55,360 bases of DNA from Gaiellaceae bacterium (GCA_036558065.1 DATBGG010000035.1:1-55360); one strand, 5' to 3'. Positions 9,156 through 17,428 are shown, numbered from the stretch's first letter. The notes: generated by a model from the letters alone, not told the origin. Made by a program: numbers and translations.

Positions 9156-9525
9156 CGTCGCTCTCACCTCCGTGACCGTGGCCGCCATGATCGTCGTCGT
9201 GCTCGTCTTCCGACTCGTGACTTCCGCTGCCCGCCGCTACGACGACGACGGGTGCCGGGCGCCGGACGACGACGGCCTGCCGCTGAGCCGGCGGCGACCG
9301 TCGCGCCGCGGGGACCGCAGGCAGCGCCGGCGGCTTGTCGCGTCGCGCGCGCGAGATCTGGCGCTCGACCTTGTCCAGCTGCTTGGCGCGAGCCGCGACG
9401 GCCGCATCCGAGACGCCTCCCGTGGCCGGAGCACGAAGCCCCGCGGTCCGGGTCGCCGCTGCGACGCCGAGCGCGCCGGATGCTCCGAGGATCAGCGCTA
9501 CGACTGTGGCGTGAATCTTGTTCAT
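9148..9525 (-). CDS. Hypothetical exported protein with an acidic, His-rich C-terminal tail
   Basis: 125 aa from ATG 9525, with GGAGG upstream. Signal-like MNKIHATVVALILGASGALGVAAA. The tail is SGSHESEDEHDDDHGGHGHGGESDDD. 8-nt overlap with the next gene. Confidence 0.6.
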   Translation of the reverse strand: MNKIHATVVALILGASGALGVAAATRTAGLRAPATGGVSDAAVAARAKQLDKVERQISRARRDKPPALPAVPAARRSPPAQRQAVVVRRPAPVVVVAAGSGSHESEDEHDDDHGGHGHGGESDDD

Positions 9526-9746
9526 CTCGACCTCCAGTGCTTGACGTCGTGAAGGTAGGCGGGCCTCGGTAAGGCCCGGGTCAGCCGAAGGCAAGGATTC
9601 GGTAGGGCCAGGCAAAGCTTCGGAAAAGCCGAAAAACCGGCTCAGGAGGTCATCCGTATTCGCCCACAGCGCAGATCGGCAGGTCGTCCGATGCGCGTGG
9701 CGGATCCCCGATCGATGATGTGCAGGTCAGCGAAAGGGAGGCGAGC

Positions 9747-10166
9747 ATGACCACGCTCACCCGATGGATGCCTCTCTCCGAGTTCCCGATCGAGCGCCGG
9801 ATGCGACGCATGCTCGACGACATCGGCTTCGGGCCGTTCACCGTTCCCGCAGCCGATTTCTACGAGACCGATCGCGACTTCGTGATCGAGGTCGAAGCTC
9901 CCGGCTTCGACGAGAAGGAGCTCGGAATCGAGGTTTCCGATCACACGCTGACGATCGAGGGCGAGCGGAAGACCGAGACCCGCGACGAGCCGGAGAAGAC
10001 GTTCCGGTTCCACGAACGTCTGGAGACGACGTTCGAGCGGCAGTTCTATCTTCCGCCGGAGGCCGACACGCACAACGTCGAGGCGACGTTCACGAAGGGT
10101 GTGCTCGAAGTGCACGTCCCGAAGGTCGCCGAGGCGAAGCCTCTGAAGGTCCCGATCGGCACGTGA
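9747..10166 (+). CDS. Hsp20/alpha-crystallin small heat-shock protein
   Basis: 139 aa from ATG 9747 (GGGAGG upstream). The ACD core runs FVIEVEAPGF...LTIEGER...GVLEVHVPK. Confidence 0.9.
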   Translation: MTTLTRWMPLSEFPIERRMRRMLDDIGFGPFTVPAADFYETDRDFVIEVEAPGFDEKELGIEVSDHTLTIEGERKTETRDEPEKTFRFHERLETTFERQFYLPPEADTHNVEATFTKGVLEVHVPKVAEAKPLKVPIGT

Positions 10167-10188
10167 ATCCAGGCGACTGCGCGGCGGC

Positions 10189-10213
10189 GGCGAGCGCCGT
10201 CGCCGCGCTCGCC
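10189..10213 (+). terminator. Possible hairpin terminator after hsp20
   Basis: ggcgagcgc (10189-10197) pairs with gcgctcgcc (10205-10213) across a 7-nt loop. No U-tract. Confidence 0.3.
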
Positions 10214-10308
10214 CAACCCTGCGGAAAACCCGCACGCTGATCCGCCCAGGCACTGATGCCCCACCCCGCTCCCCGAGCGACAGTCAGGACATCGACAGGA
10301 GGTTCCCA

Positions 10309-10767
10309 ATGAGCATCACGAAGGATTTCCGGTATCACGTCGGCGTCGCCTGGGAAGGCGGTCGCATCACGAACGTCAACTCACCGGACAAGCCGGACCT
10401 CACGGTCGCTACGCCGCCCGAGTTCAAGAACGGTGTCCCCGGTGTCTGGTCTCCCGAGGACCTGCTCGTCGCCTCGGTCGCCTCCTGCTACACGGTGACC
10501 CTGGCTGCGGTCGCGGAGCGCCGGGATCTGCCGCTCTTCCAGCTCGAGGTAAGCGGGACGGGTCACGTGACCAAGCGCGACGACGGCCGGTTCGGCTTCG
10601 TCGCGATCGAGCTCACGGCGCTGATCTGGACGGCCGAGGCCTCGGTCGACGCGATGGAGCGAACGGCGCACTACGCCGAGCGCGCATGCATGGTCGCGAT
10701 GGCGCTCGACGTTCCCGTGCACCTCGACATCGTCGTTCGACCTGGGGTCGAGCTGGTCGCCGTCTGA
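10309..10767 (+). CDS. OsmC/Ohr-family peroxiredoxin-like protein
   Basis: 152 aa. WSPEDLLVASVASCY and AERACMVA motifs carry the two conserved Cys. Confidence 0.85.
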   Translation: MSITKDFRYHVGVAWEGGRITNVNSPDKPDLTVATPPEFKNGVPGVWSPEDLLVASVASCYTVTLAAVAERRDLPLFQLEVSGTGHVTKRDDGRFGFVAIELTALIWTAEASVDAMERTAHYAERACMVAMALDVPVHLDIVVRPGVELVAV

Positions 10768-10793
10768 TCAAGGCTCGACCGGGGGCCGGACGA

Positions 10794-11489
10794 TTGAGCA
10801 GACGGACGTACGCAGCAGTCGGCGCGATCGCCTTGCTCGTGGCGGCGGCGCTGATCTCCGCAAGCCTGATCGGCGCCCGGGGCGGTCAGCCCGCCCGGGC
10901 CGAGCAGCTCTCGAAGGACGACTCCTCCATCCTGCTGCGGGGTATCCCCCAGTCCGGACCGATCCTTGGGCTCCCGGACGCGCCGGTGACGCTCGTCGAG
11001 TTCGCCGACCCCCAGTGCCCGTACTGCGCCCAGTGGTCGCAGCAGGCATTCCCCGAGCTGGTCCGCGACTACGTGCGACCCGGCAAGGTACGGATCGTCT
11101 TCGCAGGACTGGCGTTCATCGGCCCGGACTCCGACGAGGCTCTTCGCTTCGTGCTCGCCGCGGGCCGCCAGGGCAAGCTCTGGCCGGTCGTCGACCTCCT
11201 GTACAAGAACCAGGGCGCGGAGAACTCGGGCTGGGTCAGCGACGGCTTGCTCCGCGAGGTCGGTGACGCCGTTCCGGGGCTCGACGTCGAGCGGGCTCTC
11301 CGCGAGAACCACTCGCCGCCGGTGGAGCGCGAGCTGGCTGCAGCAAGGGATCTCCAGGCTCGGCTCGGCGTCCGCTCGACGCCCGCCTTTGCTGCGTCGG
11401 GTGCAGGCGGCACGCTTGCTCCCGTGCAGATCACGAGCCTCGACGCCGGCGGTATCCGACCGGCTCTCGACACCCTGCTCGCTCGGTGA
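10794..11489 (+). CDS. DsbA-family thiol:disulfide oxidoreductase, membrane-anchored
   Basis: CPYC active site in VTLVEFADPQCPYCAQW, with an N-terminal TM anchor. Start is uncertain: TTG 10794, or CTG 10764 overlapping the osmC stop. Confidence 0.8.
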   Translation: MSRRTYAAVGAIALLVAAALISASLIGARGGQPARAEQLSKDDSSILLRGIPQSGPILGLPDAPVTLVEFADPQCPYCAQWSQQAFPELVRDYVRPGKVRIVFAGLAFIGPDSDEALRFVLAAGRQGKLWPVVDLLYKNQGAENSGWVSDGLLREVGDAVPGLDVERALRENHSPPVERELAAARDLQARLGVRSTPAFAASGAGGTLAPVQITSLDAGGIRPALDTLLAR

Positions 11490-11887
11490 GCGATCGCCGG
11501 CTGCGCCTCGCAGTAGGCGTGCTCTCGACCGCAGGGGCGGCCGTGGCGGGTTACCTCGTGTACGCCCGCTACACCGACACGACGCTCGCGTGCGTCACGG
11601 GAGGCTGCGAGACCGTCCAGCGCTCCGACTACGCGGTGCTCGCCGGGGTGCCCGTCGCCGTGCTTGGGCTCGTGGCCTACCTCGTCCTCCTGGCGACGGC
11701 GTTCTCGACGAGTGAGCTCGCTCGCCTCGTGGGCGCCGTCGTCGCCGTGTCCGGCGCGCTCTTCGCCGCCTACCTGCTCTATGCACAGATCGTCGTCATC
11801 GACGCGGTCTGCCAGTGGTGTGTCACCAGCGACGTCCTGATTGCGCTGCTCGCGGTGACGTGCGTGCTGCGGCTGCGCTCAGGCTAG
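11486..11887 (+). CDS. Vitamin K epoxide reductase (VKOR) family protein
   Basis: 133 aa, 4 TM segments. Loop Cys pair (CVTGGC) and CQWC redox motif. GTGA overlap with the dsbA-like stop. Confidence 0.85.
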   Translation: MSDRRLRLAVGVLSTAGAAVAGYLVYARYTDTTLACVTGGCETVQRSDYAVLAGVPVAVLGLVAYLVLLATAFSTSELARLVGAVVAVSGALFAAYLLYAQIVVIDAVCQWCVTSDVLIALLAVTCVLRLRSG

Positions 11888-13534
11888 GCCGACGATCCGG
11901 CCGCCCGCGTCGAGGTCCATGCGCTCGGCCGCGGAGTGAGGGGGAAGCCCGGGCATCGTCTGCGTCTCGCCGCAGACCGCGACGAGCCAGCCCGCTCCCG
12001 TGTACGCCCGCAGCTCACGGACCGGGAGCACGAAGCCGGTTGGCGCCCCGACGAGCTCCGGGTCGTGCGACAGGGAGAGATGGGTCTTCGCGACACAGAC
12101 GGGAACCTCGTGCAGCTCGGCCGGCAGCCGCTCGAGCGTTTCCCGCGCTGCGGCTGAGAGCTCGACTCCTTCGCCTCCGTAGATCTTCCTGGCCAGCGCG
12201 TCGAGCTTCGTCTCGACCGGGTCGGCGAGGTCGTAGGCGAAGCTCGCCTCGGCCCCGCGACTCGCCGCTTCGGCGACGAGCTCCGCGAGCGCGGCCGCTC
12301 CCTCGCCTCCGTGCGCGTAGGCGTCGTTGATCGCGACCCCGAAGGCGCCGTGCTCGAGCGCGAGAGCCGAGACGGCTTCGAGCTCGACCAGCGCGTCACC
12401 GGGGAATTTGTTCACGGCGACGACCGCGTGGAATCCCAGCTCCTCGACGATCCTCAGGTGCGCGGCGAGATTCTGCGCGCCGCGCTCCAGCGCCGGGAGG
12501 CCTCCGTCGGGATCGCCTCCATGGCGCTTCAGCGCCTGCGTTGTCGCGACGAGGACGACCGCGTCCGGCGAGAGGCCGGCCTGGCGACAGACGATGTGTA
12601 TGAACTTCTCGAACCCCAGGTCGCTGCCGAAGCCGCCTTCGGTGATCACGTAGTCGGCGAGCTTGAGCCCGACGAGGTCGCCCACGAGCGAGCTGTTGCC
12701 ATGCGCGATGTTCGCGAACGGCCCCGCGTGGACGAGGGCCGGCTGGCCCTCGACGGTTTGCACGAGGTTGGGCTTGATCGCGTCCTTGAGCAGGACGGCC
12801 ATGGCGCCGGCGACCTCGAGCTCCTCGGCGGTGACCGCTGCTCCGTCGAACGTGGTCGCGACCGTGATCGCTCCGAGGCGGTGCCTCAGGTCGTCGCGGT
12901 CGCGCGCCATCGCGAGGAGCGCCATCACCTCCGACGCGGCTGTGATGTCGAACCCGCACTCGCGCGGGAACGGCGCGTCCTCGCCCAGCCCGACGGCGAT
13001 CCGCCGCAGCATTCGGTCTTCGATGTCCAGACAGCGGCGCCACGTGATCGTGGCCGGGTCGATGCCCAGCTCGTTGCCGTGGACGAGGTGCGCGTCGATC
13101 GCCGACGCGAGCAGGTTGTTCGCCGCGGCAATCGCGTGCAGGTCGCCGGTGAAGTGGAGGTTGATGTCCTCGCCGGGGACGACCTGAGCGAGCCCGGCGC
13201 CTGTTCCGCCGCCCTTCGCGCCGAGCGTCGGGCCGACCGACGGCTCGCGGAGGCAGACGAGCGAGCTCTCGCCGATGTGGCCGAGGCCCTCCGTGAGGGA
13301 GATCGCGGTCGTCGTCTTGCCTTCGCCGGCCTTGGTCGGCGTGATCGCCGTGACGGCGATCAGCTTTCCGTTGGGCCGGGTGGCGAGCCGATCGAGCACG
13401 CCGAGGCCGATCTTGGCCTTGTCGCGGCCGAAGAGCTCGACCTCGTCGAGATCGAGGTCGACAGCCGCCGCAACCTCGGAGATCGGCCGCAGCTCCGTCG
13501 CGGGCTGCGCATCGACTCGAGTTTCCAAAGCCAT
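11879..13534 (-). CDS. fhs: Formate--tetrahydrofolate ligase
   Basis: 551 aa. TPTKAGEGKTTT P-loop and overall colinearity with remembered Fhs sequences. Confidence 0.95.
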   Translation of the reverse strand: MALETRVDAQPATELRPISEVAAAVDLDLDEVELFGRDKAKIGLGVLDRLATRPNGKLIAVTAITPTKAGEGKTTTAISLTEGLGHIGESSLVCLREPSVGPTLGAKGGGTGAGLAQVVPGEDINLHFTGDLHAIAAANNLLASAIDAHLVHGNELGIDPATITWRRCLDIEDRMLRRIAVGLGEDAPFPRECGFDITAASEVMALLAMARDRDDLRHRLGAITVATTFDGAAVTAEELEVAGAMAVLLKDAIKPNLVQTVEGQPALVHAGPFANIAHGNSSLVGDLVGLKLADYVITEGGFGSDLGFEKFIHIVCRQAGLSPDAVVLVATTQALKRHGGDPDGGLPALERGAQNLAAHLRIVEELGFHAVVAVNKFPGDALVELEAVSALALEHGAFGVAINDAYAHGGEGAAALAELVAEAASRGAEASFAYDLADPVETKLDALARKIYGGEGVELSAAARETLERLPAELHEVPVCVAKTHLSLSHDPELVGAPTGFVLPVRELRAYTGAGWLVAVCGETQTMPGLPPHSAAERMDLDAGGRIVGLA

Positions 13535-13675
13535 GGCTCAACCATGCGCTGTGCGGGAGGCCGTGGCATCAGTGCCGACCCTGAGCCGGCCACGGGTAAC
13601 CCGAAACGTCCTTCGGTGCGTCCTCCGATGCCGTCAGCTGCGCTCGGCCGGACCATCTGGTCGAAAGGAGGAGTG

Positions 13676-14824
13676 ATGACAACTCCAACAAGCACTGTGC
13701 GTGCGCGGCCGGACACCTCGCGCCTGCACCGCGTCGCAGCGGCTGACGCGATGCACCGCGGTGTGCTCAGCGTGCCGTTCGACACTCCGCTGACGAAGGT
13801 CGCTCAGATGATGGCCCGCTACCGGATGCATTGCGTCGTGGCGCTCGAGGAGCACGGCGAGTACCAGACGCGCTACTGGGGCCTGATTCCCACGGCCGAG
13901 GTCGTTCGGATCGCCACCGACCACGATCTCGAGGACCGCACGGCAGGTGGAAGCATCATGTCGCCCGTCTACACCGTCGAGCCTGCCGACTCCCTCCACG
14001 AAGCCGCCGAGCTGATGAGAGACCACGAGGTCGAGCATGTGATCGTGGTCGACCCCGTCTCGGATCGGCCTCTGGGCGTCATCTCGACGCTCGACGTGGT
14101 GCAAGTCCTCGCCGGCGAGACGCATCCCCGGCCGCGAGGCGCGTACCGGGTCGCTCAGATCATGACCAGGAACGTGCTGACCGTCACCCCGGACACACCG
14201 CTCCGCAACGTCGCCCGGCTCATGACCGAGCAGGGCATCTCCGGCGTCCCCGTCGTGGAGAAAGGCAGCGTGCTCGGGATCGTCTCCGAGTCCGACATCG
14301 TCGCCAAGGGACGAGGGCCCGCAGCTCCGCAGGGGCGCATCAAGAGATGGCTCGCCCGCAAGCCGAGGCGTGCAGAAGCCGAACGGCTCGAGGCGCGGAC
14401 GGCAGGCGAGGCCATGACGGCGCCTGCGATCACGATCGAGTCGTGGCGGACCGCGTCGGACGCGGCCGGGCTGATGCTCGACCGGCGCGTCCATCGCGTG
14501 CCGGTGCTCGAGCACGGCAAGCTCGTCGGGATCGTCACGCGAGCCGACCTCGTGAGCGCGTTCTCTCGCTCCGACGAGGAGATCGCGCACGACATCCGCG
14601 ACGACGTGCTTCTCGGGACGTTCTGGATCACCCCGGGAGACGTGGACGCGACCATCCGTCACGGAGAGGTCACCCTGAGGGGAACGGTCGAGTCGGATCT
14701 CCTCACGGAGCTCGTCCCGGAGGCCGTCCAGCGAGTGCCGGGGGTCGTCCGGGTGAAGTCCAGGCTCGTCGCACGGCCGATCGATACGACGCCGGCCGAC
14801 GTCGGGCTGTTCCGGAGAATCTGA
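13676..14824 (+). CDS. CBS-domain protein (four CBS repeats) with C-terminal BON-like domain
   Basis: 382 aa from ATG 13676 (AAGGAGG upstream). Repeated CBS blocks (e.g. GVISTLDVV, GIVSESDIV, GIVTRADLV). C-terminal GEVTLRGTVES...VPGVVRVKSRL. Confidence 0.85.
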   Translation: MTTPTSTVRARPDTSRLHRVAAADAMHRGVLSVPFDTPLTKVAQMMARYRMHCVVALEEHGEYQTRYWGLIPTAEVVRIATDHDLEDRTAGGSIMSPVYTVEPADSLHEAAELMRDHEVEHVIVVDPVSDRPLGVISTLDVVQVLAGETHPRPRGAYRVAQIMTRNVLTVTPDTPLRNVARLMTEQGISGVPVVEKGSVLGIVSESDIVAKGRGPAAPQGRIKRWLARKPRRAEAERLEARTAGEAMTAPAITIESWRTASDAAGLMLDRRVHRVPVLEHGKLVGIVTRADLVSAFSRSDEEIAHDIRDDVLLGTFWITPGDVDATIRHGEVTLRGTVESDLLTELVPEAVQRVPGVVRVKSRLVARPIDTTPADVGLFRRI

Positions 14825-14840
14825 TACCAGGCTCGCGCGC

Positions 14841-14867
14841 GGCCTATCCCGTACCCGCGGGTAGGCC
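14841..14867. terminator. Possible bidirectional hairpin at the convergent junction
   Basis: ggccta (14841-14846) pairs with taggcc (14862-14867), enclosing the palindrome acccgcgggt. It overlaps the last codons of the minus-strand gene. Confidence 0.3.
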
Positions 14868-15602
14868 GCCTGCGGCCCGGTTGACCGCATTGAGCGCCTG
14901 CGCGGTGGAGTCGAGCAACCTTCGCGCCCGGTGGCCCGTCATTCGCTCGCAGACGAAGTCCCAGTGCAGCGACACCCAGTCGCCGGGCTGCAGGGTCTCC
15001 GCGAACGCCAGCCCGTCCGCGCGCCAGTGCACCTCGCGAGGCGCCCACGGGCCGAGTCGAAGCTCGCTCCCGCTCCAGGCAAGAAGGGGTGCGAGCACCT
15101 CGGCCCGGTCTCCTTCGACGGACAGCACCCGCCCCGGCGTCGTCCGGCACTGATCGAGGACGCGCAACGGCTCGTCGACGATCCCGGTGCGCATGAGCCC
15201 GAGCCAGGGGTAGACCGCGAAGACGTGGAACGAATGGTGCGGAACCGCGCCCGCCGCGACCGTGTCGAGGATCTCCCGCCAGCCACGACCCACTCGGCCG
15301 CGGAACCTGTCCTCGACGTGTCGCGCGAGCGAGTCGGGCCCGACCTCGTCCAGCAGGCCGTTCCCGACCCAGTACGCGTCCACGACCCGGGGGTCGAGCG
15401 GGTCGTCGATCCGGTTCGCGGCCGCGATCAGCTCCAGGTACGGCCACGCCCCTTCGAAGGTGCGGGCGAGCTCGGAGAGACCGCGGTCGGAGGCCCGCGC
15501 GTCCCCGTACTCGAGCAGCGTGCGCGGCTCGTCCGCTCCGCAGTAGCCGAGCGCGTTCGGCGCGTAGGCGTAGCGCGCGAAGAGGAGCGGGCCGGCGATC
15601 AT
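14844..15602 (-). CDS. Conserved hypothetical protein with an internal HypC/HupF-like module (last gene of the hydrogenase operon)
   Basis: 252 aa from ATG 15602 (ATGA overlap with the EamA stop). The C-terminal part, CRTTPGRVLSVEGDRAEV...PGDWVSLHWDFVCERM, parallels the HypC motifs C-x3-PG-x-V and GDWVLVHVGFA. Confidence 0.7.
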   Translation of the reverse strand: MIAGPLLFARYAYAPNALGYCGADEPRTLLEYGDARASDRGLSELARTFEGAWPYLELIAAANRIDDPLDPRVVDAYWVGNGLLDEVGPDSLARHVEDRFRGRVGRGWREILDTVAAGAVPHHSFHVFAVYPWLGLMRTGIVDEPLRVLDQCRTTPGRVLSVEGDRAEVLAPLLAWSGSELRLGPWAPREVHWRADGLAFAETLQPGDWVSLHWDFVCERMTGHRARRLLDSTAQALNAVNRAAGGLPAGTG

Positions 15603-16498
15603 GCGGGCGCCGGCGAGACGCGTCTTCGCGCCGGGAGCGCGACGAGAATCGCGCCGGCCGTGATCAGGACCGCGCCGCCCAGGTCGAAGGCCACTCCGTC
15701 GGCCACGCGCGAGAGCACGGCCGTGACGACGGCGCCGAAGACGAGGACGGCGGTCACATCGACCGCCTGCGCCCGGGCGAGCGCCGCGAACCAGGTCGCC
15801 ACGTAGCCGGCCAGGATCAGGCCGGTCAGCAACACCCAGCTCCACTGGTCGCCCGACAGCGAGAAGAGCTGGTCGGCACGCCCCGAGACCACGACCCAGC
15901 CGAGCAGCACGGCCGTTCCGAGCGTCATGCGCGCCATCCCGAGGAGCCGGGAGTCGAGGTCCGCGAGCAGCTTCTTCGCGACGATGATCTCGACCGCCCA
16001 GAGCAGCGTCGCCGCGAAGATCATCGCCTCGCCGGAGCCGAAGGCGACCGTGCCTGCATCACCCACGAGCCAGGCCTGCCCGGCGACGAGCAGCGCGATG
16101 GCGGCCAGATGCGGCCACCCGAGGCGCTCGTGCAGGAGCGGCACCGCGATCAGCGCGACCCACACGACCAGCGTCTTCTGAATGAACGCCGCCTGCGTCG
16201 CCTCCGCGCGCGCGAGCCCCTCGAAGAAGAGCACGAACGGCACGCTGCCGCCGATGACGGCGATCGCGAGCAAGCCGAGCCGGTGCTTGCGGATGCTCGG
16301 GAGCTCGCTGCGCGGGCCTCCGAGCAGCGGTGCCGCGAGCGCGAGCAGGAGGACGCCCGCCACGGCGTTCTTCGCGGTGGTGTAGACGGTCGCGTCGCCG
16401 AAGTGCTTCACCGCATGGCCGTTGACGAAGATCGCGACGCCGCTGATCAGCGCGGTCACGAACGCAAGGGCGACTCCGGTCGCGCGGGTCGAGCTCAT
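15599..16498 (-). CDS. EamA/DMT-superfamily transporter
   Basis: 299 aa, about 10 TM segments, two-repeat EamA-like organisation. ATGA overlaps at both ends. Confidence 0.85.
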   Translation of the reverse strand: MSSTRATGVALAFVTALISGVAIFVNGHAVKHFGDATVYTTAKNAVAGVLLLALAAPLLGGPRSELPSIRKHRLGLLAIAVIGGSVPFVLFFEGLARAEATQAAFIQKTLVVWVALIAVPLLHERLGWPHLAAIALLVAGQAWLVGDAGTVAFGSGEAMIFAATLLWAVEIIVAKKLLADLDSRLLGMARMTLGTAVLLGWVVVSGRADQLFSLSGDQWSWVLLTGLILAGYVATWFAALARAQAVDVTAVLVFGAVVTAVLSRVADGVAFDLGGAVLITAGAILVALPARRRVSPAPA

Positions 16499-16713
16499 TC
16501 AACGCCTCCTTCGCTTCGCAATGCCATGGCTTCCTGGGCCGCTTCGGGATCGAGAACCTCGACGGGCACGCCCAGATGGACGAGCACGTGGTCGCCGTCC
16601 CGCGCGTCCGGGACGAACGCGAGCGGGACGACCTTGCCGCAGCCGAGCCGTCCGACGCGGGCGTCGCCGTCCTCCCAGGACTCGGCCAGCACGTCGATCG
16701 AGCCGAGGCACAT
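16495..16713 (-). CDS. hypC: HypC/HybG/HupF-family hydrogenase assembly chaperone
   Basis: 72 aa, with N-terminal MCLG and GDHVLVHLG motifs. Confidence 0.9.
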   Translation of the reverse strand: MCLGSIDVLAESWEDGDARVGRLGCGKVVPLAFVPDARDGDHVLVHLGVPVEVLDPEAAQEAMALRSEGGVE

Positions 16714-16982
16714 CAGGCTGCCTCCTCGACCTCGACGCTCTCCAGCACGACGCCCTGCGCGTGCTCACCGGTCGTGTCGTCGTCGAGCACGGCTTCGACC
16801 TCGGCGCCCTCGGCGATCGTGCCGCGTGCGGCGTCGCGGTAGTGCTCGCGGAAATGCTCGGGCGTGAAGTGCGAGAGGGCGCCGAGGCGAACCGAGACTC
16901 GGGTGACGCCTCTCGCACCTTCCGTCTCGGCAACGGACACGATCTGGGAGATCAGGTCCCGCATCAGCGCCTGCTCGTGCAT
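16713..16982 (-). CDS. hypA: HypA-like nickel metallochaperone lacking the zinc-finger domain
   Basis: 89 aa from ATG 16982. N-terminal MHE nickel motif. Colinear with remembered HypA, but it contains no cysteine at all. Confidence 0.7.
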   Translation of the reverse strand: MHEQALMRDLISQIVSVAETEGARGVTRVSVRLGALSHFTPEHFREHYRDAARGTIAEGAEVEAVLDDDTTGEHAQGVVLESVEVEEAA

Positions 16983-17428
16983 CCGGCCTCCTCGAGGACG
17001 AGCTCGACGGCGCGCTCGACACCCGCCTGCGCGCCCGGGCTGAGGTCCGTGCCCGACCCGAAGACCTCGCCCTCGATCCCGAAGACGACGATTTGCTCCG
17101 GCAGGCGCCCGAGCGCGCGGGCGAGCTCGATCGTCTCGCCGATCCCGAGCGCGTGCGTGGACGAGCGGAACTCGCGGCTCGGCAGTGCCTCGCGGGTGGC
17201 ATCGAAGCGGTGGACGGTCCCCGGCTCGGCACCGGATGCGACAGCGTCGACCACGAGCGCCGCCTGCGCCCCGTCCCAGGCGTCGATCAGGCGGGTCGGC
17301 TCCAGCTCGCACACGACGACGTCGAGCTCGTCCGACACGCGGTCCTGGACGAGGCGGGCGACCTCGCGGCCGGCTCCGTCGTCGCCCCGGTACGCGTTGC
17401 CGACCCCGATCACGACGGTGCGGCTCAC
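16964..17428 (-). CDS. Hydrogenase maturation endopeptidase (HycI/HoxW-type)
   Basis: 154 aa from GTG 17428 (GTGA overlap with the large-subunit stop). [16 protein letters not shown] and HALGIGE motifs. Confidence 0.85.
   Translation of the reverse strand: MSRTVVIGVGNAYRGDDGAGREVARLVQDRVSDELDVVVCELEPTRLIDAWDGAQAALVVDAVASGAEPGTVHRFDATREALPSREFRSSTHALGIGETIELARALGRLPEQIVVFGIEGEVFGSGTDLSPGAQAGVERAVELVLEEAGCTSRR

Noticed and set aside
13535-13675. A possible ZTP or THF-type riboswitch upstream of fhs.
   Set aside because: I read the minus-strand leader and found only a ccgtggc/gccacgg repeat. None of the conserved segments I remember for those classes is present, for example the CCGCCUGGGC-like 3' element of ZTP.
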